From Candidatus Adlerbacteria bacterium RIFCSPLOWO2_01_FULL_51_16 (lineage in GTDB: Bacteria; Patescibacteriota; Minisyncoccia; Phycocordibacterales; SBAW01): 60,496 nt of DNA. This document shows, in pieces, positions 53,593-60,496 of the stretch. Both the position numbers and the translations under genes were made by a program. Where the stretch lies: the NCBI GenBank assembly GCA_001775485.1, contig MEWX01000014.1:29479-89974 (forward strand). The letters are read 5' to 3'. A model generated the notes under the pieces. That model was not told the origin of the DNA and did no database searches. It worked only from the letters and a program-made list of their open reading frames with translations. Within the stretch, counting starts at the first letter, position 1. Each line of letters begins with the position of its first letter.

Positions 53593-56052
53593 ATGACAGA
53601 CGAACACGAAGATGCAGGGGGCATTGTGCCCCGAAATATTTCAACCGAGATGCGCGAAGCGTATCTCGACTACGCGATGTCGGTTATCACCGCTCGCGCT
53701 TTGCCTGATGTGCGCGACGGGCTGAAGCCCGTGCACCGCCGCATCCTCTACACGATGCACCGCCTGGGGCTCACCCCATCGAGCCGCTTCCGCAAGTCGG
53801 CGCTCGTTGTCGGCGATGTCTTGGGTAAATATCACCCGCACGGCGATGCTAGCGTTTATGACGCAATGGTCAAAATGGCGCAAGAATTTTCCATGCGCTA
53901 CCCGCTGGTGTTGGGGCAGGGGAACTTCGGCTCTATAGACGGCGATTCTGCGGCCGCGATGCGCTACACGGAAGCCAAGATGTCACCGATGGCCTTGGAG
54001 CTTTTGCGCGATCTGGAAAAGGATACGATTGAGTGGCGCCCCAACTACGACGGCTCGCTAAAGGAGCCAAGCGTTTTGCCCGCCACGGTGCCGAACATTC
54101 TCCTCAACGGCACGCTCGGTATTGCGGTCGGCATGGCGACCAATATTCCGCCGCATAACTTGGGCGAGCTCGCCCAGGCGCTTTCTCACTTGATTGAAAA
54201 CCCTTCCGCTACCGTTGAAGAGTTGATGCAGTTTGTGCAGGGCCCCGACTACCCAACGGGCGCTATCGCGTTTAATAAAAAAGATCTGCTCCACGCCTAT
54301 ACAACCGGCAAGGGTGGGGTGGTGACGCGCGGCAACGCCGAAATTGTTGAAGGCAAAAAGGGCGACTTCCAAATTATCGTCGACTCACTCCCGTACCGCG
54401 TCAACAAAGCCGACCTCATCGTCCATATCGCCGACCTCGTGAAAGACAAAAAGATAGAGGGTATCAGGGGCCTGCGCGACGAGTCGACCCGCGACATCCG
54501 CATCGTTGTGGAGCTGAAGCAAGGCGCTCAGCCGCAAAAGGTACTTAACTTTTTGTACAAGCACACGGCGCTTGAAGATACCTTCCATTTCAATATGGTG
54601 ATGTTGGTAAACGGCGTGCCCCAGACACTTTCACTCAAAGGTATTTTGCAGGAGTTTTTGAAGCATCGCCGCGAAGTTGTGCGCCGAAGGAGCGAGTTTG
54701 ATCTGCGTGAAGCACAAGCGCGCGAACATATATTGCTTGGCCTCAACAAAGCACTCGACCACATAGACGAGGTAATCAAAACGATCAAAGCGTCAAAAGA
54801 TGTCGCCGAAGCGCACGCAAACCTCAAAACCAAATTTAAATTCTCCGACCTGCAGGCAAGTGCGATTCTTGAGATGCGGCTCTCGCGGCTTGCAAACCTT
54901 GAGCGCAAAAAGATAGAAGATGAGTTGAAAGCGGTGCAAGCGACTATTGAAGAGCTCCAAACACTCTTGAAGTCCGAGAAAAAGATGCTTGGCGTCATCA
55001 AAGGAGAGATAGAGGAGGCCGCCAAGAAACATAGTGGCGAGCGCCGCACAAAAATAGTGAAGGGAGCCGCGGGAGTAATCTCCGAGGAAGACATGGTTGC
55101 CGACGCTGAGCAAGTGCTCGTTATCACCCAGGGCGGCTACGTAAAGCGCACCGACCCGTCTGAATTCCGCAAACAAAAGCGCGGCGGAGTTGGCGTTATT
55201 GATTTGGATACCAAAGAGGAAGACTTTGTCACGACCTTTCTCACAACCTCTACTCACAGCGACCTCCTCTTCTTTACCGAGCGGGGTCGCGCCTTCCAAA
55301 TTAAGATGTACGACTTGCCCGAGGGCAAACGCTCAACCAAAGGCAAGGCGATAGTGAACTTTTTGCCGCTGACGGATGCAGAAAAGGTCTCATCGGTACT
55401 CCCCATACGCAAAGGGCAAAAGAAAGGGGAGCAGGGTTTGGTAATGGTGACAAAGCAGGGGACTATCAAGAAAACCGACGCAACCGCGTTCCACGATGTG
55501 CGTCGGAGCGGGCTTATCGCAATAAAACTGCAGAAAGGCGACGAGTTGATTGCCGCACTTTTGGTAGACAAAGGCGATGAGCTCTTTTTGGCAACACAAA
55601 AGGGGCAATCAATCAGGTTTAAGGAAAGTGATGTACGCGCGATGGGGCGCACCGCCGGCGGCGTGCGCGGGATGAAATTGTCTGCGGGTGATGTAATTGT
55701 TGGCGCAGATGTAATCCCCAAAGGCCGCGAGGGCAAAGACCTTGAAGTGCTTGTTGTCTCGCGCAATGGCTACGGGAAGACTACTGAAACCGAGGAATAC
55801 AAAACCCAAAAACGCGGGGGAAGCGGCATAAAGACGATGAACGTGACCGCAAAGACGGGGCCGGTCATCGCCGCGCGTGTGATTTCAAAAGACGAAGGGG
55901 TGGGGGAGGACGAGATAGTAGTTATTTCCAAAAAAGGTCAGGTTATCCGCACCGAACTCGTGCAAATCCCCTCACTCTCGCGCTCAACCCAAGGCGTGCG
56001 CATCATGAAACTGCGCGACAAAGACGCTATCGCGTCTTTCGTCTGTCTATAG
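53593..56052 (+). CDS. gyrA: DNA gyrase subunit A
   Basis: 819 aa. [28 protein letters not shown] (active-site Tyr), C-terminal beta-pinwheel repeats. Confidence 0.97.
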   Translation: MTDEHEDAGGIVPRNISTEMREAYLDYAMSVITARALPDVRDGLKPVHRRILYTMHRLGLTPSSRFRKSALVVGDVLGKYHPHGDASVYDAMVKMAQEFSMRYPLVLGQGNFGSIDGDSAAAMRYTEAKMSPMALELLRDLEKDTIEWRPNYDGSLKEPSVLPATVPNILLNGTLGIAVGMATNIPPHNLGELAQALSHLIENPSATVEELMQFVQGPDYPTGAIAFNKKDLLHAYTTGKGGVVTRGNAEIVEGKKGDFQIIVDSLPYRVNKADLIVHIADLVKDKKIEGIRGLRDESTRDIRIVVELKQGAQPQKVLNFLYKHTALEDTFHFNMVMLVNGVPQTLSLKGILQEFLKHRREVVRRRSEFDLREAQAREHILLGLNKALDHIDEVIKTIKASKDVAEAHANLKTKFKFSDLQASAILEMRLSRLANLERKKIEDELKAVQATIEELQTLLKSEKKMLGVIKGEIEEAAKKHSGERRTKIVKGAAGVISEEDMVADAEQVLVITQGGYVKRTDPSEFRKQKRGGVGVIDLDTKEEDFVTTFLTTSTHSDLLFFTERGRAFQIKMYDLPEGKRSTKGKAIVNFLPLTDAEKVSSVLPIRKGQKKGEQGLVMVTKQGTIKKTDATAFHDVRRSGLIAIKLQKGDELIAALLVDKGDELFLATQKGQSIRFKESDVRAMGRTAGGVRGMKLSAGDVIVGADVIPKGREGKDLEVLVVSRNGYGKTTETEEYKTQKRGGSGIKTMNVTAKTGPVIAARVISKDEGVGEDEIVVISKKGQVIRTELVQIPSLSRSTQGVRIMKLRDKDAIASFVCL

Positions 56053-56082
56053 GCACCCATAGAGAGGAAAAGGGAAAAAGCG

Positions 56083-56091
56083 TGGTATAAT
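56083..56091 (+). promoter_or_regulatory. Extended -10 promoter element (TGgTATAAT)
   Basis: cgTGgTATAAT lies 30 nt after the gyrA stop. No protein-coding gene follows for about 370 nt. Confidence 0.45.
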
Positions 56092-56400
56092 AAAAAAGTT
56101 GACCTTCGGGTCAACAGGGCCCCACTCTCCGAGTGGCATTATTCGGTAAGATATTTCTTTATGGAAATTCTTATAGAAAAACTGCCCACTCTCAGTCGAA
56201 CTGTTCGGAACTGAAGTCATTACTCAGGGAAGAACACATCCTCTCATGAGGGTGGGAAAAGAAGCCCTAGAAAGAGGATTTGATTGGATGCCAAGTGATA
56301 AACGTCGAAAACCGACGAGAGAACAGTCAAAGAGGTAATTCCAAATTGATCCAGTATCGTAAGCTTGCTGAGAAGCAGTCCTCAATTTAGGCGCGCAGGA

Positions 56401-56431
56401 GGTCGGCAGTTTTAGCCGGCCTTTTGTGTTT
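56401..56431 (+). terminator. Rho-independent terminator (plus strand)
   Basis: ggtcggc-agtttta-gccggcc, followed by ttttgtgttt. Confidence 0.6.
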
Positions 56432-56465
56432 CTGGCTGTTGTCAATCGCGAGGCATAATCGGGGC

Positions 56466-56669
56466 ATGAATCGAAACATTATGTATGTCATTGGAGGGGT
56501 GGCACTTGCGGCAGTCCTTTTCTTTGGGTATAGCAAGTACGCGCATATTACTTGTACGGAAAGTGCGAGGGACTTCACTAACGAAAATAAATCAGGGAAA
56601 TCTGTTTCTGATGCACAAAAGCTCTATGAGCTTTCCTATACAATCTGCATGGGCAAGAGGGGGCTTTAA
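56466..56669 (+). CDS. Small single-TM protein
   Basis: MNRNIMYVIGGVALAAVLFFGYSKY..., 67 aa from the ATG at 56466. Confidence 0.4.
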   Translation: MNRNIMYVIGGVALAAVLFFGYSKYAHITCTESARDFTNENKSGKSVSDAQKLYELSYTICMGKRGL

Positions 56670-56743
56670 GATTTAGGGTAACTTTTTTAGAAAATTCTTG
56701 GATAAGAATCTGCAACGATTGCCTACGAAGATTTTGAGAAGAT

Positions 56744-57130
56744 ATGAAAACAATTACTGAATTGAATAATCACTGGTGGTATCGAACAGTTAAGGTTCTT
56801 TTTATATTTTTTATTGGCTCTGCGTTTCTAGTTTCTTTGTTTGCTGCATGGGGGGAGTCTCAGGTTTCAGATTATAGTCTGTCGAAAGTTACGTGTTTAG
56901 ATGGGAGAATCTCTACTGTCGCAAGTATAGAAAAGGTATATGGGAGTGCTTTTGACGCAAACGAATTTTGCGGTAATTACTTATATTCGACCGATTGGCA
57001 ATACAAACGCGACTGGAGCTCGCTAGCCGATTGGATTTTTTGGATTTTCTTTTGGGCCGCCCTAGCAGTTCTAATTCTAAGAGGTAGTTTTTACTACATT
57101 GCGCTCGGTAAATTCAACCCCCCGGAGTGA
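56744..57130 (+). CDS. Membrane protein (2-3 TM segments)
   Basis: 128 aa, AT-rich. Shares a 19-nt identical leader/start with the ORF at 57149. Confidence 0.5.
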   Translation: MKTITELNNHWWYRTVKVLFIFFIGSAFLVSLFAAWGESQVSDYSLSKVTCLDGRISTVASIEKVYGSAFDANEFCGNYLYSTDWQYKRDWSSLADWIFWIFFWAALAVLILRGSFYYIALGKFNPPE

Positions 57131-57148
57131 ATCAATTTTTGAGAAGAT

Positions 57149-57277
57149 ATGAAAAATTTTGAAGATTTAGAAAATCGAGTAGACAAGCTCGAAAAAGTAC
57201 AAAAAGAAGGGATATGGGTTTTGAAGTTTTGGGTTGTAGTACTTCTAGTTCTGATCGCAGTATCCTTTTTCTTCTAG
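57149..57277 (+). CDS. Possible 42-aa tail-anchored peptide
   Basis: MKNFEDLENRVDKLEKVQKEGIWVLKFWVVVLLVLIAVSFFF. Same helix-plus-TM layout as the next ORF. Confidence 0.35.
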   Translation: MKNFEDLENRVDKLEKVQKEGIWVLKFWVVVLLVLIAVSFFF

Positions 57278-57285
57278 AACATAGC

Positions 57286-57537
57286 ATGGATTTAGAACAG
57301 CGGGTGCGGAAAATTGAAGAGAGGAATGCGGGAGTTGAAGCCGACAAGGCCTGGGAGACGAGTTGGGTGCGGCGCCTACTCATCGCTCTTTTTACCTACA
57401 TTGTCGCAAGTATCTTTCTTTGGTATATCGGCGTGCCAAACCCGCTCTTAAACGCACTGGTGCCTACTGGCGGGTTTGTACTCTCCACTCTCACCATATC
57501 CTTCTTCAAAAACCTCTGGCTCACCCCCCGCAAATAA
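57286..57537 (+). CDS. Small membrane protein
   Basis: MDLEQRVRKIEERNAGVEADKAWETSWVRRLLIALFTYIVASIFLWYIG..., 83 aa from the ATG at 57286. Confidence 0.45.
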   Translation: MDLEQRVRKIEERNAGVEADKAWETSWVRRLLIALFTYIVASIFLWYIGVPNPLLNALVPTGGFVLSTLTISFFKNLWLTPRK

Positions 57538-57555
57538 CCCAACCACCAAACTCTT

Positions 57556-57585
57556 ATTCTAGTGTTTTGCAAAAAACTGCGATAA
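57556..57585. repeat. 30-bp palindromic element, copy G (orphan, not attached to an ArsR gene)
   Basis: attctagtgttttgcaaaaaactgcgataa. The first 26 nt are identical to copy D. Confidence 0.85.
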
Positions 57586-57586
57586 C

Positions 57587-57620
57587 AACATCCCAACATT
57601 CTATAGAATGTTGGGATGTT
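57587..57620. repeat. Perfect 15-bp-stem hairpin / inverted repeat
   Basis: aacatcccaacattc-tata-gaatgttgggatgtt. No clear T tract on either side. Confidence 0.7.
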
Positions 57621-57683
57621 TGTGAGGTGGAAAAGTAATTGGGGGAGTGCTATATTCGCGGGTAGATAGGAGGAGGCAGGGCG

Positions 57684-57965
57684 ATGAGAGTTAGCAAAAG
57701 GCGGAACTACCGGGCGCCATTCTTTCCGTACGGCACCCTCGGTCGCACAATCCGCGTCCCGACCGAAGCGGAGCTTCAAGTAAAGAAAGTAAACCATACT
57801 CTCCGAGTGATCGATGCGGAGGATACAGAGCGGTTGAGCCGCAAGCATGTGCTCGAGGTGCAAAAGCACATGCCTTATATCCGCAAATGCAAGGCAAGGG
57901 GCAAACCACCGCGCCGTGTTTCCAAGAAGATTTTGGACATGGTGGAAAGACTCCACCTAGTTTGA
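57684..57965 (+). CDS. Basic hypothetical protein
   Basis: 93-aa ORF followed directly by a strong terminator. Confidence 0.45.
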   Translation: MRVSKRRNYRAPFFPYGTLGRTIRVPTEAELQVKKVNHTLRVIDAEDTERLSRKHVLEVQKHMPYIRKCKARGKPPRRVSKKILDMVERLHLV

Positions 57966-57967
57966 AT

Positions 57968-58009
57968 GACCCGCCTGCAGCCCATGCTGCAGGCGGGGTC
58001 TTTGTTTTT
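57968..58009 (+). terminator. Rho-independent terminator
   Basis: gacccgcctgcag-cccat-gctgcaggcggggtc, followed by tttgttttt. Confidence 0.85.
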
Positions 58010-58042
58010 GTGATAGGGTAGTCCGCAGTTTAGGAGGCAGCC

Positions 58043-58504
58043 ATGAAGGAACCGAAGCCCGCTGCGTCTGTGGTTCCTGTGGCGTATTTGCTTTTGGAGA
58101 AGCAAGGTGAGATTCTCCTTGTTCGTTCACTGCGTCAGAGTGTTGAAGGTCCGTGGAGCATCCCCTCCTGCGTTATAGGGAAGGGGGAGCTCCCACGAGC
58201 CGCCGCCGCGCGCCTTGGCAAGGATGAGTTCGGGCTCGAGCTTACCGCAATTGAGCTTGAGCGCGTCCACACTTCGTACTGGGTTAGTGGTAGCGATGGT
58301 GGCGTTGATACGGCGGCGTATATGTTTTTTGCACGCCGCCGGGACGGGTACTTTGCTGTTGATCGGCAACAGCGCGGTGAAGTGCGGTGGATGCCGTGGA
58401 GCGAGGTCCCGCTTGAGATCGGTGTCGGACCGCGGGAGATGCTCGAGCGTATCGATTGCGAAGGCATGTCCTACAGCGAGTTGCGTGAAGTAGTGGTTGC
58501 CTAA
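58043..58504 (+). CDS. NUDIX-family hydrolase (divergent Nudix box)
   Basis: 153 aa. WSIPSCVIGKGELPRAAAARLGKDEFGLEL approximates GX5EX7REUXEEXGU. Confidence 0.6.
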   Translation: MKEPKPAASVVPVAYLLLEKQGEILLVRSLRQSVEGPWSIPSCVIGKGELPRAAAARLGKDEFGLELTAIELERVHTSYWVSGSDGGVDTAAYMFFARRRDGYFAVDRQQRGEVRWMPWSEVPLEIGVGPREMLERIDCEGMSYSELREVVVA

Positions 58505-58509
58505 GCGTC

Positions 58510-58547
58510 GGCCCGTCCCAAAGAATCTGGGACGGGCCTTTCTTGTT
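58510..58547 (+). terminator. Rho-independent terminator
   Basis: ggcccgtccca-aagaatc-tgggacgggcc, followed by tttcttgtt. Confidence 0.85.
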
Positions 58548-58561
58548 ATACAATAAGAGGG

Positions 58562-59104
58562 ATGGCAGAGAGTTCGTTTTTAAATCCGAGTGCGGCGATA
58601 CAGGCGGCAAAGCTTCAAGAAGGTATGCATGTTGCTGACTTCGGCGCGGGTTCCGGCTTTTTTACCCGTGCCTCGGCGCGCGCTGTGGGGGAGGAGGGGC
58701 GCGTTTGGGCGGTTGATGTTCACCGCGATTTGCTTCCTCGCATTAAAGCGCTTGCAACAGCAGAAGGGCTTCACAACGTCGAGGTGATGCAGGGAGATGT
58801 GGAGCGCCCAGATGGGAGCCACCTGCCCTCCGAGGAATTTGACTTTGTCATCATCTCAAATCTTCTCTTTGGGAGCGAACATAAGGGGGCGATTGCGCAG
58901 GAAGCGCGACGCATCTTGCGGCGCACAGGGAAAGTACTTGTTATCGATTGGTCGGGCTCGTACGGCGGGCTTGGGCCCCACCCCGACCATGTCATTTCTG
59001 CCTCCGCGGCACGCAAAATTTTCGAAGAGAGTGGTTTTACACATATCGAAGAGGTCCCGGCGGGCGCATACCACTGGGGATTAACATTTCGCAAAAAAGC
59101 ATAA
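58562..59104 (+). CDS. Class I SAM-dependent methyltransferase
   Basis: Motif I VADFGAGSGFFT, post-I acidic residue (VWAVDV), FDFVIISNLL. Confidence 0.75.
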   Translation: MAESSFLNPSAAIQAAKLQEGMHVADFGAGSGFFTRASARAVGEEGRVWAVDVHRDLLPRIKALATAEGLHNVEVMQGDVERPDGSHLPSEEFDFVIISNLLFGSEHKGAIAQEARRILRRTGKVLVIDWSGSYGGLGPHPDHVISASAARKIFEESGFTHIEEVPAGAYHWGLTFRKKA

Positions 59105-59129
59105 AAAGGAGCACAATTACATAAAGCCC

Positions 59130-60425
59130 ATGTCCATTTTTCAGACAGTCGTTCTTGGCATATTTGTCGTCTTTATCGTCGCGGGAGTCGCGGTGTTTGC
59201 TATATTCTCTGGTTTTGGTGGCGCAGGCGATGTCGGTGCGGTCGCTATCTGGGGGACACAAGGCCTCGACACTGTGCAGAGAGTTATCGAAGACCTCCGG
59301 CAAGAAGAAGATGCCTTCCAAGAGGTCACGTATGTGCAAAAAAATGCCGCGACCTACCAGGCGGAACTTATCAACGCGATAGCGGCGGGACAGGGGCCGG
59401 ACCTTTTCTTTATTGAGCATAAAGACCTGTACGCCTTTTCCGATAAAATACTTACCATACCCTACAACGCCATTTCGCAGGCGCAGTTTATAAACTCATA
59501 TATTGATGAAGGCGCGCTCTTTTTAACAGGCCAAGGGTCGCTCGGGCTCCCGGTCCTTATTGACCCCCTTGTCATGTATTGGAACCGCGACCTGCTTGCG
59601 GGTGCTAATGTCGGCTCCGCACCACAATTTTGGAACGACTTTTTGGATCTGGCGCCGAAGATTACTTCGATAGATACCTCCTCCGGCGTGCGCAAAAGTG
59701 CGGTGGCGCTCGGCGAGTGGAGGAACATTCGGAATGCTAAAGCCATACTCTCAACGCTCATGATGCAGGCGGGCGACCCGATAGTAGCGCGCGCTGAAGG
59801 TGGGCGGCTCCAGAGTGTTTTGGCCGCTACTCCGGAAAATGCGGCGGAGAGTCCCGGACAGTCGGCACTGCGCTTCTACACCGAGTTTGCAAATCCGTCT
59901 AAGAAAAACTACTCATGGAACCGCTCTCTGCGCGAAGCGCAGGACATGTTCGTAGCGGGAGATTTGGCGGTTTACTTCGGTTTTGCAAGCGAGTACGCAA
60001 CACTCGCCGCGCGCAATCCGAATCTCCGCTTTGGGGTCTCGGTAATGCCGCAAATCGAGGGTAACTCCACCCGGCTTACATACGGCACGCTTACAGGACT
60101 CTCGATAGCGCGTGGCGCTAAAAATCCACAAGGAGCTCTCGCTATTGCGCAGCGGCTCACCGGAGCCCGCGGAGCGGGCCTTTTGGCGGCCAGTATGAGT
60201 TTGCCCTCTGTGCGGCGTGATGCACAGGTGGACACTTCGGGGAGCGCGGTCGGAGCTGTCTTTGTTGAGTCGGTCCTCATCGCACGCGGCTGGATTGACC
60301 CAAACCCCGCGACCACCAATACTATCTTCCAGACCATGATAGAATCGGTCTCAAGCGGGCGCTCTAGCCCCGCCGAAGCTGTTTCGGATGCCGACCAAGA
60401 GCTCCAGCAACTGTTACCGTTTTAA
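59130..60425 (+). CDS. Membrane-anchored extracellular solute-binding protein (family 1-like)
   Basis: 431 aa. N-terminal TM segment. The overall pattern (…PDLFFIEHKDL…, …WNRDLLAGANV…) fits a sugar-type SBP. No transporter partners are adjacent. Confidence 0.55.
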   Translation: MSIFQTVVLGIFVVFIVAGVAVFAIFSGFGGAGDVGAVAIWGTQGLDTVQRVIEDLRQEEDAFQEVTYVQKNAATYQAELINAIAAGQGPDLFFIEHKDLYAFSDKILTIPYNAISQAQFINSYIDEGALFLTGQGSLGLPVLIDPLVMYWNRDLLAGANVGSAPQFWNDFLDLAPKITSIDTSSGVRKSAVALGEWRNIRNAKAILSTLMMQAGDPIVARAEGGRLQSVLAATPENAAESPGQSALRFYTEFANPSKKNYSWNRSLREAQDMFVAGDLAVYFGFASEYATLAARNPNLRFGVSVMPQIEGNSTRLTYGTLTGLSIARGAKNPQGALAIAQRLTGARGAGLLAASMSLPSVRRDAQVDTSGSAVGAVFVESVLIARGWIDPNPATTNTIFQTMIESVSSGRSSPAEAVSDADQELQQLLPF

Positions 60426-60496
60426 TATGACCAATTTGAAACGAGATATTGCAAGTATTTTTATAGTGTTTTCTTTGGTCTTCCTCCCATTAGTGG

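Noticed and set aside
56224-56445. 73-aa minus-strand ORF in the post-gyrA spacer
   Set aside because: The composition is unconvincing. There is no SD, and the ORF overlaps the plus-strand terminator hairpin. The region is treated as a candidate ncRNA locus instead.

Overview
This 60.5-kb chromosomal segment has the look of a Patescibacteria/CPR (Parcubacteria-like) genome. Genes are short and densely packed, many with overlapping stop/start codons. There are many small secreted or membrane proteins (DUF5652-, DUF4870-, LemA- and DUF192-like) and orphan solute-binding proteins, and no biosynthetic operons.

The housekeeping core I can support:
- Chaperones and proteases: groES-groEL, hsp20, htpX, prsW-like, lepB.
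- Translation and RNA: lepA, valS, tsaD, ybeY, rpsU, rpsA, pth, RNase J, RNase P RNA, seven tRNAs.
- Division and envelope: ftsA-ftsZ, ftsB-like, murJ, secG.
- Other: gyrA, trxB, msrB.

Accessory or unusual content:
1. At the left edge (32-4704) there is a tightly coupled four-gene operon: a LexA-type repressor, an N6-adenine methyltransferase with an N-terminal HsdR-N/PD-(D/E)xK-like domain, a signal-peptide-less trypsin-like serine protease, and HsdS. No HsdR translocase is visible. This is my best candidate for an undescribed R-M-linked protease defence module.
2. A 30-bp palindromic element occurs in seven full copies plus a half copy. It brackets two paralogous ArsR-family genes, supplies their last nine codons and stop codon, and forms a 123-bp tandem array.
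3. Two tandem secreted M14-like peptidase paralogs, one of which has lost three catalytic or zinc-binding positions.
4. An AT-rich secreted lipase cluster.
5. A sortase with an adjacent FPNTG substrate.
6. tRNA-like fragments and paired hairpins around tRNA-Gly.
7. A fragment of the tRNA-Glu 3' end in a hairpin-rich non-coding stretch.
8. A degenerate HisRS-like protein.
9. Several unexplained inverted repeats and one candidate ncRNA locus.

No CRISPR array, rRNA, transposase or integrase was seen. All calls come from reading the sequence and the ORF translations by eye. No database search was run.
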